From positions 1 to 51,442 of the forward strand of contig MQRK01243178.1 in NCBI GenBank assembly GCA_001938485.1: 51,442 nt of DNA, written 5' to 3'. Shown piece after piece: positions 37,800-51,442 of the stretch. Source of the stretch: Girardia tigrina (Eukaryota). A program made the translations under genes and the position numbers. Positions within the stretch are counted from its first letter, which is position 1; each line of letters opens with the position of its first letter. The notes under the pieces were generated by a model, which worked only from the letters and a program-made list of their open reading frames with translations, did not search any database and was not told the origin of the DNA.

Positions 37800-40727
37800 A
37801 TATAGATACACATACGATTGGAGTAACCTATATATGAATAGTCAGAATATGATCTTAGATTTTTGAAAAAATCAATACGTAGTGCTATTTCGAACATATA
37901 TACATTATGTGTGTATATATTATATATTATGATATTATACTATGTTATCAACCAATATTGTATCAACCATTGAAAATGTAACCATATCCAAGGTGATATC
38001 ATCGTACATCCTTCAAGTCAACGATTTGCACTCATCATGTCAACTAATTGCACTCATCGTGTCAACGTACTGCATAGTTAACATTTTATACTATATATCA
38101 ATATTATATATATCAAAAGTTGTTTTTTATAAGTTTATGAATAAAGACAGGTATAAGACGAGTATTTTCAACAAACATTTATTTACATATGTACAATATG
38201 TACAATTTACATATGTACAAGTAGATCATTCACAAACGCTAACGTTGCCCCTTGAACTCCCTTTGCTCTCTTTTTGATCTTAACATCCACATCGATGGCG
38301 TACATCTTAGATCGTTGCAATAGGCCTTCTGCTCCTCCAATTTGATTATAGCTTCAACACCATTAAAATGTATAAAATATCTTTTACAAATCTTGATCCT
38401 TTCTGTATGTTTTGTTATTTGAGATCGGATAAGGCACTCAAAGTTCTTGATCCAGATGAAGTGCCTCTTTTCTCCATCATCTAACAGGAGCAAATCTCTA
38501 TGATCTTCTAATTTTTCTTTACATACAAGTAATGGATAAAATTTTTCATTGTCCAATCCAAAGATATTGATTGAAACATTGTTGTGGCTTCCAAATTTAT
38601 TGACTTTTTCCAGACTTGGCGGGAATCTAATACAACTGAAGTCATATGTGTACTGTAGATCGTTGTATTTAGACACTCGTGATGCATTATGTTGATTATC
38701 AACGAATTTCGATAGTATTGCATACATGAAACACATGTTGTCTTCATTGTGAACATTGATTCATGCTCCTTTTTTTAACTATCCATTCAGGAAGCGGAAT
38801 GTATGAACTGTCTCTCATTGGTGATGTATATATGTTCGAAAAAGCACTACGTATTGATTTTTTCAAAAATCTAAGATCATATTCTGACTATTCATATATA
38901 GGTTACTCCCTAGAGCTCCATGTCTTTAGACAGACTTTTGATATTTTGCTATTGAAAGAATGCACATATTACATGATTTTACATGAAAATCATGTATTTT
39001 TCTATGTTTTTCAGTAATTTATGTAAATTTTTATATATACATTCTGACAAAACTTATAAATAGTTTGCACACTACATATAGATTATAGCCTACCTAAGCT
39101 TAGTACAGCCTGTATAGGCGTAGTGCTGCCTGTCTAGGCTTAGGGCATACATATAACATATAGATTGCATTTACTTTGATGATTCAAGTTTCACAATGCT
39201 ATATAACCATAATATATTACAAATAGATAATAATATAATATATAACATGTAAAACACCATAGAAACATTTAAACAAGTTGTGATCATATAACATGTAACA
39301 ATAATATATATGTATATAATGTACTATATGTATATAACAATAATATAATACATATGTTACGTATGTATATTAAAATGTTCACTTTTTGAAAGGTTGATAA
39401 GGTAATGATGCAATTAAGGTATTGATGCAATTAGTGCCACTTTTTATTGATGTTAAGGTAGATTTGAAGGTTTTTATATACAAATAGTTGTTCATGAGGT
39501 GATTTTGATGGCTGATGATATGGTTGGTAAGTCATATTTGATAGCTGATATTGTACTTTTAATGGTTGATGATATGTCTGATAAGGTATATTGGATAGTT
39601 GGATATGGTGATTTTGATGGTTTTTGCCTGACTAGGCCTAGGCTGAAGTAAATTTGACAGTTGATAGGTAAATTTTATGGTTGATATATGGCTGATAAGG
39701 TATATTGAATAGATGATATGTCAATTTTGATGATTGTTGCCTGGCTAGGCCTAGGCTGAGGTAAATTTGATGGTTAATGGTATGTTTGATGATCTATATT
39801 TGATGGATGATGTATAAAGTATATATCTGATAAAGTATATGGTAATTTTCATGGTTGATAGTATGGTTTTTAAGGTATTTTGATAGTTGATATGTTAATT
39901 TTCATGGTTTTTGCCTGGCTAGGCCTAGGCTGAAGTAAATTTGACAGTTGATAGATATATTTGAAGGTTGATATATGGCTGATAAGGTATATTGGATAGT
40001 TGATAGGTATATTTGAAGGCTGATATGATGATTTTGAAGGTTGATAGCATGATGGTAATGTTTGAAAAGGTAGTTCTTTTAGTACTTTATATATTATTCA
40101 ACATTTTCTGTATTTTATACATGTTCAGCTGTGTATTAATATTATGAATGCAATACGTTGACATGATGGATGCATGACGATATCTCCTTGGATACGGCCA
40201 TGTTTTGAATAGTTGATACAATATTGGTTGATAACATAGTATAATACATATCTATTATATAATATTTGAACACATAATATGCATATGTTCGAAAAAGCAC
40301 TACGTATTGATTTTTCTAAAAATCTAAGATGATATTCTGACTATTCATATATGATTTACTATACATGTGTTCAAACAGATTTTCGATATTTTGCTTGCTT
40401 CGCCCTTTGCCTAGGCTATACCATATGTATGTTCTGCCTCACTATATTATATTAAAACATGAATACATTGCACCTTATACAATTGTGAACTTATTGATTT
40501 CACACACTTGCACATGTATAGTATTGATAACCACATATGTATCCTAGACAGCCTGCCTAGGCTTAGTGCAGTATTGATTAGCACATGTGCAGCCTAGGCA
40601 GAATTGATTTTTGGGCGCTTTTTTGTAATTTTGATAGTTTTTGCATGTTTTCCATGATTTCTAAGGTATTTTTCATGGTTTTGGAGATAGCAGTGATGGT
40701 TTCTAAGGTGTTTTCGACTATATATCC

Positions 40728-40781
<54 letters not shown>

Positions 40782-42302
40782 NNNNNNNNNNNNNNNNNNN
40801 NNNNNNNNNNNNNNNNNNNNNNNNNNNNNNNTATATATATATATATATATATAATATTAAAATGTTATGTATCATGGTTACGGTAACCATGATACTTTGA
40901 TAAGTTATGGTTAGGCTGAGGTACACTAGATTATACAGATGTTATATATTATATTGATGCATGCTTGAAGTACAATAGGAGTTTTTACATGTAAAATAAA
41001 ATGTTATGTATCTTGGTTACGGTAACCATGGTACATGTGCTTGATGATTGGGTACATTGGGCAATTCATGAAGTATTGTATGACGGTAAACAACATACAT
41101 ATATCATAGAGGTTTCAGATATATACGAAAAAATAGATTTTTAAACACTTTTGAGAATTTTAAAAATGTTCGAAAATATCGATTTATCGGCACTTTTATG
41201 AAAATGTTGATGTGGAATCTGAATGTACGTATGTGGTTTCCTATTCAAATAGAGAATTAAAATGTGCATCAAGCATACGATATCGATTTATGACACTGGT
41301 ACTTTTAAAAAATTTTTATTTATTGATTTTTACAATTTTACACATATGCAACTTAAAAAGCACTGTGCTAGCACATTAGAAATGTGTGGCAAAATGTGCA
41401 CTATCGATTAGCACTTTCAAAATATTCCTTAGCACCTCTNNNNNNNNNNNNNNNNNNNNNNNNNNNNNNNNNNNNNNNNNNNNNNNNNNCATGTGCTTGA
41501 TGATTGGGTACATTGGGCAATTCATGAAGTATTGTATGACGGTAAACAACATACATATATCATAGAGGTTTCAGATATATACGAAAAAATAGATTTTTAA
41601 ACACTTTTTTGAGAATTTTAAAAATGTTCGAAAATATCGATTTATCGGCACTTTTATGAAAATGTTGATGTGGAATCTAAATGTACGTATGTGGTTTCCT
41701 ATTCAAATAGAGAATTAAAATGTGCATCAAGCATACGATATCGATTTATGACACTGGTACTTTTAAAAAATCTTTATTTATTGATTTTTACAATTTTACA
41801 CATATGCAACTTAAAAAGCACTGTGCTAGAACATTAGAAATGTGTGGCAAAATGTGCACTATCGATTAGCACTTTCAAAATATTCCTTAGCACCTCTGAG
41901 AACTGTGCAGTGATCGATTAGCACTTTTTTCTACGGTCCTTAGTTACGGGGTCACGGTTGCTGCCTAGGCTATGGTACGGGAAACGTTATCATGGTTACA
42001 GCCGCCTTGGATCATAGTACCCGTTGCTAATGTAAAACGTCCCTTGGTTAGCGTTACTATGGTAACCATGACCTTGGTTACCGTCACCAAGTGAACCGGA
42101 ACGGTTGCTGCCTAGGCTAAGGTGATCTTAACCGTTGCTAAGGTGATCGTGACCTTTGCTAGGGAACCGTCCACCAATCAGAAGCGTTGCTAAGGGGATC
42201 GCGACCGTTGCTATGGTAACCGCAACCGTTGCCATGGTAACCACGGTAACTAGGGACGACCCCCCCGGGGGGCTGAGGGCGAACCCGCATTTTTTCCCTA
42301 CT
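37800..42302 (-). mobile_element. Rearranged Polinton-like derivative
   Basis: Ends tttttccctact at 42302. Long subterminal arm collinear with 26380-28876; contains a polymerase remnant. Confidence 0.85.
38170..38825 (-). pseudogene. Internally deleted second copy of the pPolB gene
   Basis: CFMYAILSKF...SINIFGL...HRDLLLL...RHFIWIK matches 17760-18390. It is then joined to KKRAKGVQRATL (15570-15625) and to the 3' flank (15320-15370). Confidence 0.88.
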
Positions 42303-43110
42303 AAATTATCAGAAAAGGAAGACACTAACAACCAAAACAAAAGAAAAGCATATAAAGCAATTAGCGAATGAACCTTATCAGAAAATATACATTGATTTTT
42401 GTGGACCATTCAAAAGAAATATAAATGGATGTCAATATATATTTGCAATAATNNNNNNNNNNNNNNNNNNNNNNNNNNNNNNNNNNNNNNNNNNTCAAGA
42501 TGAAATAACAGTTAGAAAATTGTTATTGGACAGATGGATATGGAAATTCGGACCACCAAAAGAAATCCACGTAGACAGAGGAAAAACATTTGAATCGGCT
42601 TTGTTCAAGGACATGTCGACAAAATTTAAAGTTGAGGTATTTTATTCGAGTCCATATCATTACAACACAAATGGAATCAGGGAAAGACAGTTTCGCACGA
42701 TCAGAGATCCTTTGAATAACAGAATGAAGGATGGAGATCATAAAGATTGGACAGAAGTCTTATCAGAAGTCGAGTTTATGTTGAATAATACTGTACAAGC
42801 TACGACAGGCATGTCACCGGCCGAGATAGTATTTGGAAGAAAACTGAGACATTGGTGGAAAAACAATTACGAAGATAACAAAAATTTGAAAGCAGTTGAA
42901 CAAAAAACAGAGACAAGAAGAATTTTTGAAGTCGGAGACAAAGTATTAATTAAGAAGGAAAATGTCTCAAAAGAAGATGACCGTTACATGGGTCCCGCAA
43001 CAGTGGTGAAAAGAAATCATGAAATAAGTTACGAGTGTAAGCTTGAAAATGGAAGAAGTTTTATTAGAAATGTTGAATGGCTAAAGCCATTTAAATCGAG
43101 GGGGATGTGA
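42303..43110 (+). mobile_element. Gypsy integrase C-terminal part with PPT and 3' LTR start
   Basis: FGPPKEIHVDRGKTF, YHYNTNGIRER, SPAEIVFGR, YMGPA (GPY/F-like). Purine tract aaatcgaggggga followed by TGTGAGG at ~43106. Confidence 0.9.
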
Positions 43111-43644
43111 GGAATATTTGAATGTTTGATGTTTTGTGTTTGAATGTGTATGTTGATTTGGAAATGTGTCTCTCCTACCCAGATGGATGATTAATATTTT
43201 AATTCTTATTATCTAAAAATATGTAATGTTTAAATTTATTTTTAATTAAATTAATTTTAAAATTTTAAATAAGTTAATTAATTTTTATAATATTTAATAA
43301 ATAAATCAAATTAATATTTTTTAAATAATTACTTAAGTGATCAAATAATTATCTCTTATAAAGAAAAAAAACATCTCTTATTATCTAAATAAATTTAGAA
43401 TTTTTAAACAATACTGTATATTTTTTCTTTTAATTGTGTCATTATTTTTAAATATTAATTATAATTATTTATACAATTAAGTCAAAAGAAACGTAACAAA
43501 GGAAGGCGAAAAATGAAAAAAACAGCAATGCAAAATCATGGAACTGGAGAAGTCTAATAGCAAAATATCAAAATATTTTTTAAATTATATTTATTGTAAT
43601 TTTCAGTTTTAATAAATACTCATTGTTTCATTTTTAAACTTTGA

Positions 43645-44764
43645 TTAATGGCATAAACCACTTCCATTACAGTTATAACGTTCTGGGCATTGAGAACATG
43701 GTATTCCGACTTTATATGGTTTTCGATAACCAATATTTCCACTGAAATATATATTAATAAAAATTTACTTAAAAAAACTTACCCTGGTGCGTAATTGCAT
43801 ACAAGATACATATTTCCCAATTGAAACTGTCGACAGTCCGCTAACCCACATCCAACCATATCTGTATCAGCCCATACTAACTATAAATGATTAATTTTAA
43901 AATATTGAATTTATAAACTTACAGCAGTGTAATGTAAACAAGTAAATTTATTACAATTGCCAGTAAAGAAATTAAATCCTTCAACTTCATTAAACCATAT
44001 TTGAATACCTCTAAAAATATTTTAATTCAAATTTTCTGTATTTTTTAACGAAAGATAATTTTTTATCGAAAGATAATCAATATCATTCAAATATCTTAAT
44101 TTATTTTAGTATTTATGATTTTTTTATTAAGTCATAGTAAATTAGAAATGTATCAGTACGTGAGGCTTTAAATAATTCTTTTATATTGAGTGAAAGTTGT
44201 ATTTATATACAGTGAAATGTTTCAGTATACTAATACTAACATTTTCTGTTAAGGTTATAATCATAATATTATAATTTATACTTTAATTAATAAGATTTTT
44301 CATTTTTGATCATTTTTGATTTTGTATGTTAATTTAAAATCGAGACAAATTGTATCACGAAATAATTGTCAGATTTTCAACTAACTCAGTAATATTTGTA
44401 CTGTACCAATAAGCAATATTTTGTCCAACCCAATGATAATTATCAAATTTTCTATTTTTAGCTGGATCGTGGTCAAACTGACATTTATTTGCCCAATGCT
44501 GAGCCCTCCGAGCAGCGTCATTATTCCATTGCTAGGACATGAAAAATATACATGTGTTAATATATTATTAATAATTTGTACCATTTGTTTCATATTAGAT
44601 GCAGGTGGTTGGTTTTTCACAGCTCCCATAGCTACTCGAAGCCGTAGATCGTTGTGTGCTTTCAGTAGTTGATTTTTTTGTTTTGTAGTCAAACCACCGA
44701 GAAGTGAATTAATTAAAATATTTATAATAAATATTTTTTTAATAATATTCAAAAACATCAACAT
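43645..44764 (-). CDS. CAP/SCP/TAPS (venom allergen-like) secreted protein, 5 exons, 203 aa
   Basis: Exons 44764-44582, 44531-44386, 44010-43923, 43880-43783, 43741-43645, all GT-AG, total 612 nt. Hydrophobic N-terminus, HNDLR, QPPASNM, W, GQNIA, WFNE, HYTALVWA, VGCG, LVCNYAPGGN, PY..G.PCSQCP. Confidence 0.92.
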
Positions 44765-46019
44765 CTATATGTAATATGGCTACTGATATTAGAAATTTAT
44801 ATTTTAGGACAGCCAATCAATAGTTAAAGTCGGTAAAATTAAATGTCAATTTATTAAATTTTAGTTTATTTATTGATAATTTTGTTTATTGAAGCAATCA
44901 AATCTACTTCCTTCTTTGATATTGTCAAAATGATTTGATAAGATCTAGATTTCAATTTTATTTTTCGGTTTTATTAATACATAACGGTTATGAGAGTTTT
45001 GCAAGATTCCTTAAATAAACACATCCATATATCCATGTATATACACACAAAGAGATTAATAACAGAGGACAGTGTTATATAAAAATAACATTTTTTATCA
45101 CAACAAATGTAATAAATACCAAATTAAGGGAAAAGTTTTATGCGATTCCTTGTAAAAATGTTTTTATGGAAATCTTTCACGGCTATCAATCTATACTTTT
45201 TCTGTTTTTTAATATACTGACTTCGTCGAATAGATTGTTTATAATTATGACTAATTTATTTTTGTATCATACACAATTAAACTATAAACTTTCAAAGATA
45301 TGAGGAGTATTTTTAAATTGGTATGTGGAATTTGGTATTTGGAAATGTTTTCCCATTCAGATGGAAAATTGGTATTTTAGATGTTCGTGATGATTAATTT
45401 TTCGAGCATGATTTACATTTTAAATTTCAACATGGTATTTAAAATTTTTTAACTTTTAAATTGAATTAATTAATTTTGTTTAATCATAATTTTCAAAATG
45501 AAAAAAAATTTAACGTCGGAAAAATTAATGCTAGTGATCAAATATTCCCCCGACACACTTTATTCATTACATATTCATTACTCCCAGAACATTTCAACTA
45601 CTACATTATCACATTTCTTGATACTCCATAATATTCCATCTGACCTCTGATATATCTTCTGTTCGTCAATTTCTGCTTACAATCTTTAGAATAGTTCTTT
45701 TGTACTGATGCAACCCTAACGAGGAGACAGGCATAGTGTGCCGACTCATACTTTTCTCATCCCACTCTATTGAATCTTCGTAGTCTTCAATATCTTCTGT
45801 TTTCATCTTCTACGTCTTGGATAAATATAACTCACATTGGTGTTACCTAGCATCGACTTATCGATGGACAGTCACGAAATCGATATCTTTCTTTGTCCCA
45901 AATCAAACAACAAACCGATCAACAAACAATCTATTCTTCTATGGCGTGTTTTCCAACTGCAAAAACATTGTCCAAGTTTTAGACTTTCTAATACATGTGT
46001 TTATTCACCTAATGGAACA

Positions 46020-46168
46020 GGTCGTTTCTCCTCTGACGTTTCTCCTCCGGTCGTTTCTCCTCCGACTATTTCTCTTCTAGTCGTTTCTCCTCCGACGTTT
46101 CTCCTCTGACGTTTCTCCTCCTACGTTTCTCCTCCGATCGTTTCTCCGTCGACGTTTCTCCTCCGAAA
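46020..46168. repeat. Tandem ~14-bp repeat (cgtttctcctccga), about 10 copies
   Basis: Directly visible; probably the subterminal array of a DNA transposon. Confidence 0.85.
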
Positions 46169-47324
46169 AAAAACACTTATATAATTTAATACATTAAATG
46201 ATTAAAAAAACTTAAATTATATTATTTTAACAAATAAAAATTGAAACTGCTCAAATTTTGCCATTGAATATTAATTTTTTGTCACTGTTTTAGAATTTTG
46301 TAATTCTAAATTCATATTTTTTCATTTTATATAAAGATTTCGTCATTGAATACTAATTTTTTTGTCACTGTCTTAAAATTTTGTTTATATTTTTAAAATT
46401 AACAATTAATAGAAAATAACAAACAAGATTGTGAAAATAAAGTCCCAAACAAGTAGACTTATTGTTATAATCATTTTTTCAGCTACAATAGTCGGCATAA
46501 TCGCGATGTAGTGCATCAACATCCACCTATATTATCAACGATGTTTGCGAAAAAAAAGAGAAGCCCCTCAACGGCTCACCGGCGTGCGAAAGTATAAAAC
46601 CCCTAAATGACCTGATAAACTGATCCCTGCGCAGATCGAGAAAGAGATTGAGGATGATATGCAAGCTCACATCGAATGAGAATTGAGAAATATCGTGGCA
46701 CGAGAATCTGCTCCGAGCGAACTTTCAAATTTGCCCCGAACGACAATCGAGTTCAAAAATCTGAATTATCTAGAATTTCAAAGACCGCTCAGGCCCGTGG
46801 ACAGTAATCCGGCGATGCCTCAGTTCAATTGAACGCTGATAGACCCGAGCTCCCCAGAAGTTTTCTTTACCAGAGCCATCAAACCTTCACCATCAAACAC
46901 CTGAAAATAAACTTTCTCGTAGACTCTGGTTCCGCAGTATCACTCCTACCACTCTCTTTTCGACCAGAGCAGAATTCCCACAATCTTGACGTCCTCAGAT
47001 CAGCAAATGGGTCCCCGATTCGAACAGCAGGATCCACAATACTGTGTTTACCCTACCATCTTTCGAACAATCTTTCACTTGTACGTTTATAGTGACAGAC
47101 GTCGAATTCCCGATCTTAGGAGTCGATTTTTTCACGCATTTCGGCATCCTCATTGACTGCCAAAACAAACAGTTACAGAACATCACACCAAAAAACAACA
47201 CTCACAAGCACACAGCACCTATACTAAAAACGACAATCATACAGAAATTGACAAACAACCATTTTGTCGTCTGCCGGGATCCACTAACACCGGGTAAGGT
47301 CTTCTGATGGAGGAGCACGTCGAT

Positions 47325-47912
47325 TTAGCTGCGCGCGTGCAACGAGGACCGCGTTGCGAGGATCGTGAGCGTGTCGACAATGTTGACGACGAACTCCAGT
47401 GACCGGTACTCGTCGAGCAGGCTGAACAGACAGTGACGCGTCTCCTCGATCGTGCCGGACTTATGGTGGAAGCATCGCTCCGATTTGATCGACTCGATCT
47501 TCAGTACGGGTCGCTCCTTGAACATCGTCGGGCGAATCGACTTGGGCATCTCTTTGGTCGAATATTTCAATCGTAAATATTTCACTTTCGAATCGATCAT
47601 GCAAATCGCCCTCTCAATCGAAACAACCAAATTATCCAACGTTAAATCATCGGATTTGGTGGCAATTATTTTATCGAGAATCGAACTCAAATCCGAATCG
47701 AATTCATTAATGTATTTTGCTATTTCAATGAAATTATCGCATGTTGANTCTGATAAAATAGTGTCGAGATTCTCATCGATCGATTTATTGNGGATCTCAA
47801 GGATGATTATGAACGAGTATCTCGTGTATCCCGGTGATGCGATCTTTCGGGAGATCAATCTCGACTGATTTACCAAAATATTATCAAATGAACGAAATGT
47901 ATATCGAATCAT
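47325..47912 (-). CDS. Unknown 195-aa ORF in a CpG-rich island inserted between protease and RT
   Basis: Open frame with helical, protein-like composition; no family recognised. Confidence 0.35.
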   Translation of the reverse strand: MIRYTFRSFDNILVNQSRLISRKIASPGYTRYSFIIILEIXNKSIDENLDTILSXSTCDNFIEIAKYINEFDSDLSSILDKIIATKSDDLTLDNLVVSIERAICMIDSKVKYLRLKYSTKEMPKSIRPTMFKERPVLKIESIKSERCFHHKSGTIEETRHCLFSLLDEYRSLEFVVNIVDTLTILATRSSLHARS

Positions 47913-48697
47913 TCGATTTTGAATTTTATTATTATCAGACAGTTGTTTAGCGAATCTGTCTCATCGCTTTTCATGATTGTCGACAGTTTATTATTAATGT
48001 ATTAATTTAATCGATGAAAATCGATTATCGATTTACCGAAACCAAATAACGAAATGAGATTCAAAAATTCAAAAGAAAATCTTTATTTACAAATTTAAAA
48101 GTGTGATGTACATGGCATATTATTTAAACAAGTTTGGATTAACAAAACGAATAATTATGGATATTGTTATTGTCAATTTGAAAGAAAGTCTATTTTCAAG
48201 TTTTTCAGAATTTATTTTCAATATATAAAAAAATCATTTGATTTGGTTGAGGATTTGCCTGTGAAAATTTGTAATTATAAATAAGAAATATAGGATTTTA
48301 TGTATATTCATATTTATAAATACTGATTAAAATTTGTGTCACTACAAACCATTACTCCAACTTAATCACAAACACATCAAAACACGTACATTTTGCCGAT
48401 GAATTTAACAAACCAGTAAACCAACCCAAACACGACATTACAACAAATAGAAACACAAAAAATGCAAACAAGCACAGCAAACAACTAACAGCCAACCACA
48501 ACAAACATTTCACAACACCACCGACCACGAAAACATAAAACCATACACGGCAGCACTACCGCAAGAACTAATCGACTACATCAACACTGCCTGCAAGAAC
48601 ACAATCACGAAATCAAAGACAGTCAACTCCAAGTATAACTCGCAACACAACATAATCACCACATGTCACCCTATCAAACAAAAACTACGAGCCACAC

Positions 48698-48837
48698 ATT
48701 CCTTCTAATATTTTAGCTTTCTTCGCATATCCATTTATAAATCTTCTGTAGTAATTGCAAATTCATAGAAAACTTCTTAATTTTTTGATACATGTGAGTC
48801 TTTGAAAATTCTCTATTGCTACTATTTTCTCTGGATC
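48698..48837 (-). mobile_element. ~135-bp inverted fragment of another Gypsy RT
   Basis: Closely similar to 6089-6227. Confidence 0.8.
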
Positions 48838-51442
48838 TGCCAGAAATACGCTCAGCTGTCGAGAAAGAATTCCTGACGCTCGAAAAAGATGGAATCGTAC
48901 GCCGTTCAGCATCACTCTGGGCTACACCCCTGCACATAGTCCCCAAAAAGGACGGTACCATGAGACCATGTGGAGATTATAGACTCCTCAATTCTGCCAC
49001 AGTTCCAGATAGCTACCCCCTCCCACTAATAACCGATATCTTTCACCGAATTACCTCGTTAAACATGTTTTCGACGATCGACCTTCACAAAGCATACCAC
49101 CAAGTACCAGTAAACCCGACAGATATCGCTAAAACAGCCGTCACAACACTTTTCGGCCTTTTCGAATACATCTAGATGCCGTTTGGCCTGCGCAACTCTG
49201 CACAAACCTTTCAGTGGAACATAGACGAAATTATCGCTGACTTTTGCAAACCATTATATCGACGATATACTCATCACTTCACCCAACACTAGCGAACACA
49301 TCCAACACCTCCGACTAGTTTTCTCGCGATTACAAGAGGCCAACCTACAGATAAACTGCAGCAAATGTAACTTCCTCAAACCATCAGTTACCTTCTTAGG
49401 CCACACCATCTCGGATCATGGTCGTCATTCGACCACTCGTCAATCGACTGCAATCCATTCAGTCCATCACATCACCGAAAACCGTTTCCGAACTCCGCAG
49501 TTTTCTAGGAACGGTGAATTATTGTCACAGGTACGTCCCAAACTGCTCCTCGTTAACAGCACCACTTTCTGCAGCAAGCTCAGGTCCCAAAAAGCAGGTC
49601 GTTCAATGGTCAGAAGAACTCAAACAATCATTCGAAAGGGTCAAGGCAGCCCTGACAAAATTAACCATGTTAGCTTACCCCTTAAAAGACGCACCTTTGG
49701 AGATCATTATAGATGCTTCCAATGTCGCAGCTGGCGCAGTGCTGCAACAAATTATCTCTGGCAATGCTGAACCCCTAGAGTTCTTTTCTTACACATTCAA
49801 CCCCACCGAGCAACGTTATTTCGTGTTCGATCGAGAATTGCTCTCAATTTTCCTCGCCGTCAAAAATTTTAGACCGTTTTTGAATCGCCACCGCTTCGTC
49901 ATAAAAACTGACCATTATCTTTCATATTTATATACTATCCATGAAAGACCCGTTACCACGCCAACAACGTAAAATATCTTTTCTTTCCGAATTCAGTTTC
50001 TCGATAATACAGATACCCGGCAAAGACAATGTCATCGCCGACTGCCTCTCCCGTTCAGTCGCATCAATCAATTTCCAACCGATTTTCACACCACAAAAAC
50101 TCCGAGAAAACCCACCATCCGCCAACGATATATCGAAATTCACACAAATATCCACAATCGAGGGAATACATTTCGATCTTTCACTTTCAGGCACCCCAAG
50201 ACCAATACCTTGCGAAAAGCAGCCTTCGACCACATCCACAACCTTCATCATCCCAGGAATGCCAACACATACAAACTGTTACACACACTCGTGATTTGGC
50301 CAGGGATGTGGACTGATGTCCATAATTGGGTCGGAAAATTTCTACCGTGCCAAAAATACAAGATAAACCGGAAGTTAAAATCACCGCTTTACCAGTACCC
50401 GTCATCAACCCGATTCGACACGGTCCACATCGACATCGTCGGACTTTTACCCTCAAATCACGGTTACCAATACCTTTTAACGATGATCGATAGAGCCACC
50501 AAATGGCCAGAAGCCGTGCCGCTCCGCAATATCGACGCAGATGCGATCACCAAAACGTTCCTATCCAGGTGGGTCTGCCGTTTTGGCTCCCCAAAACATC
50601 TAATCTCCGACCAAGGGAGACAATTTGAGGCAGGTTTATTCAAAGACATAGTCAAACGTCTTGGCACCACTCATATCCAAACCTCATTATACCATCCCCA
50701 AGCCAAAGGCGCAATAGAACGTTTCCATTGCACTTTCAAAACATCAATGCGAATCCTCGCCGAAAAGACCAACAGTTGGATCGATGTGTTACCATTTGTA
50801 CTTTTAGGTTGGCGCAACACACCTTGTTCTTCCACCAACACTTCACCCTCCCAGGCTGTATTTGGTCATTCAACATGTTTCATCACCGAACTCATCGATC
50901 AAAACGCCCCACCGTCAGAGTCAGACATTCAAAAAGCAAGACTCCATTTCGAATCCATAGACGACGATTATTATTGCAAGAGTTATAACAATTTCAAGCC
51001 GCACCTACCGAAATCACTACACGACGCCAAATATTTTTGGTTAAAGAACCAAAACACATCTGCTCTAGCTCCATCATTGACAGGCCCTTTCAAAATCGTC
51101 CAACTTTTTTCCCATAACGCCAAAATTCTAAAAGACAACAAAGAAATAGTTGTTCATCTGCCCTGCACCAAACCTACATTTTTCATAGATGATGACGGAT
51201 CCATCGAAAAATCAATCACAAACACTCCATCATCACAACACGACAACTTGAGCATTCTAACCGACATTCTCGCAACACCGATAAAAACACCTGCCACAAT
51301 AACCTACACTTTCCCAACACAACTGTGAAGGATTTTTCTTCTTTGGATATCCCCACTTTTAGTAAAAATTCCACAGAACAATAATAAATATTTATTCCAA
51401 ATAAACTGTAATTACAATTTAACTATTTAATTCATCAATTAA

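Larger units (their letters stand above)
46490..51328 (+). mobile_element. Ty3/Gypsy element (gag end, protease, RT, RNase H, integrase), interrupted and degenerate
   Basis: FLVDSGSAVSLLP, ILGVDF, WATPLHIVPKK..MRPCGDYRLLN, FSTIDLHKAYHQVP, YIDDIL, DASNVAAGAVLQQ, FDRELL, VHIDIVG, ISDQGRQF, YHPQAKGAIERFH, GPF. Confidence 0.93.

Noticed and set aside
40585-40926. YI-repeat ORFs (also 22366-22629, 9609-9893)
   Set aside because: Translations of (TA)n microsatellites and gaps.
41030-41898. ~410-bp near-identical direct duplication
   Set aside because: Copies flank an N gap; most likely an unmerged contig overlap.
51324-51442. TGTGAAGG possible LTR start
   Set aside because: No preceding polypurine tract and no partner LTR in the window.

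Overview
AT-rich eukaryotic (invertebrate, plausibly flatworm-like; inference) genomic scaffold made almost entirely of nested, decayed mobile DNA. It holds several Ty3/Gypsy LTR retrotransposon fragments, a 5' half of a BEL/Pao element, mariner and rosa-like Tc1/mariner transposons, piggyBac, hAT-like and Helitron remnants, and two inverted, decayed 28S rDNA pieces. There is also a family of Polinton/Maverick-like elements: one copy bounded by AGTAG..CTACT terminal inverted repeats at 12850-21367, plus several partial copies. Only one intact host gene is supported: a 5-exon CAP/SCP/TAPS (venom-allergen-like) gene at 43645-44764 (-). A broken boule/DAZ RRM fragment is also present. Two things stand out. 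(1) The Polinton-like element carries, besides a protein-primed DNA polymerase B, a compact TBP-like gene and a palindrome of histone H4 C-terminal sequence, and its terminal repeats hold a 21-bp-phased array of RFX X-box-like sites. (2) The BEL/Pao Gag begins with a ubiquitin-like domain ending in RIRGG and has tandem CCCH fingers in place of CCHC knuckles. All calls are by eye from motifs; no database searches were run, and many boundaries are approximate.
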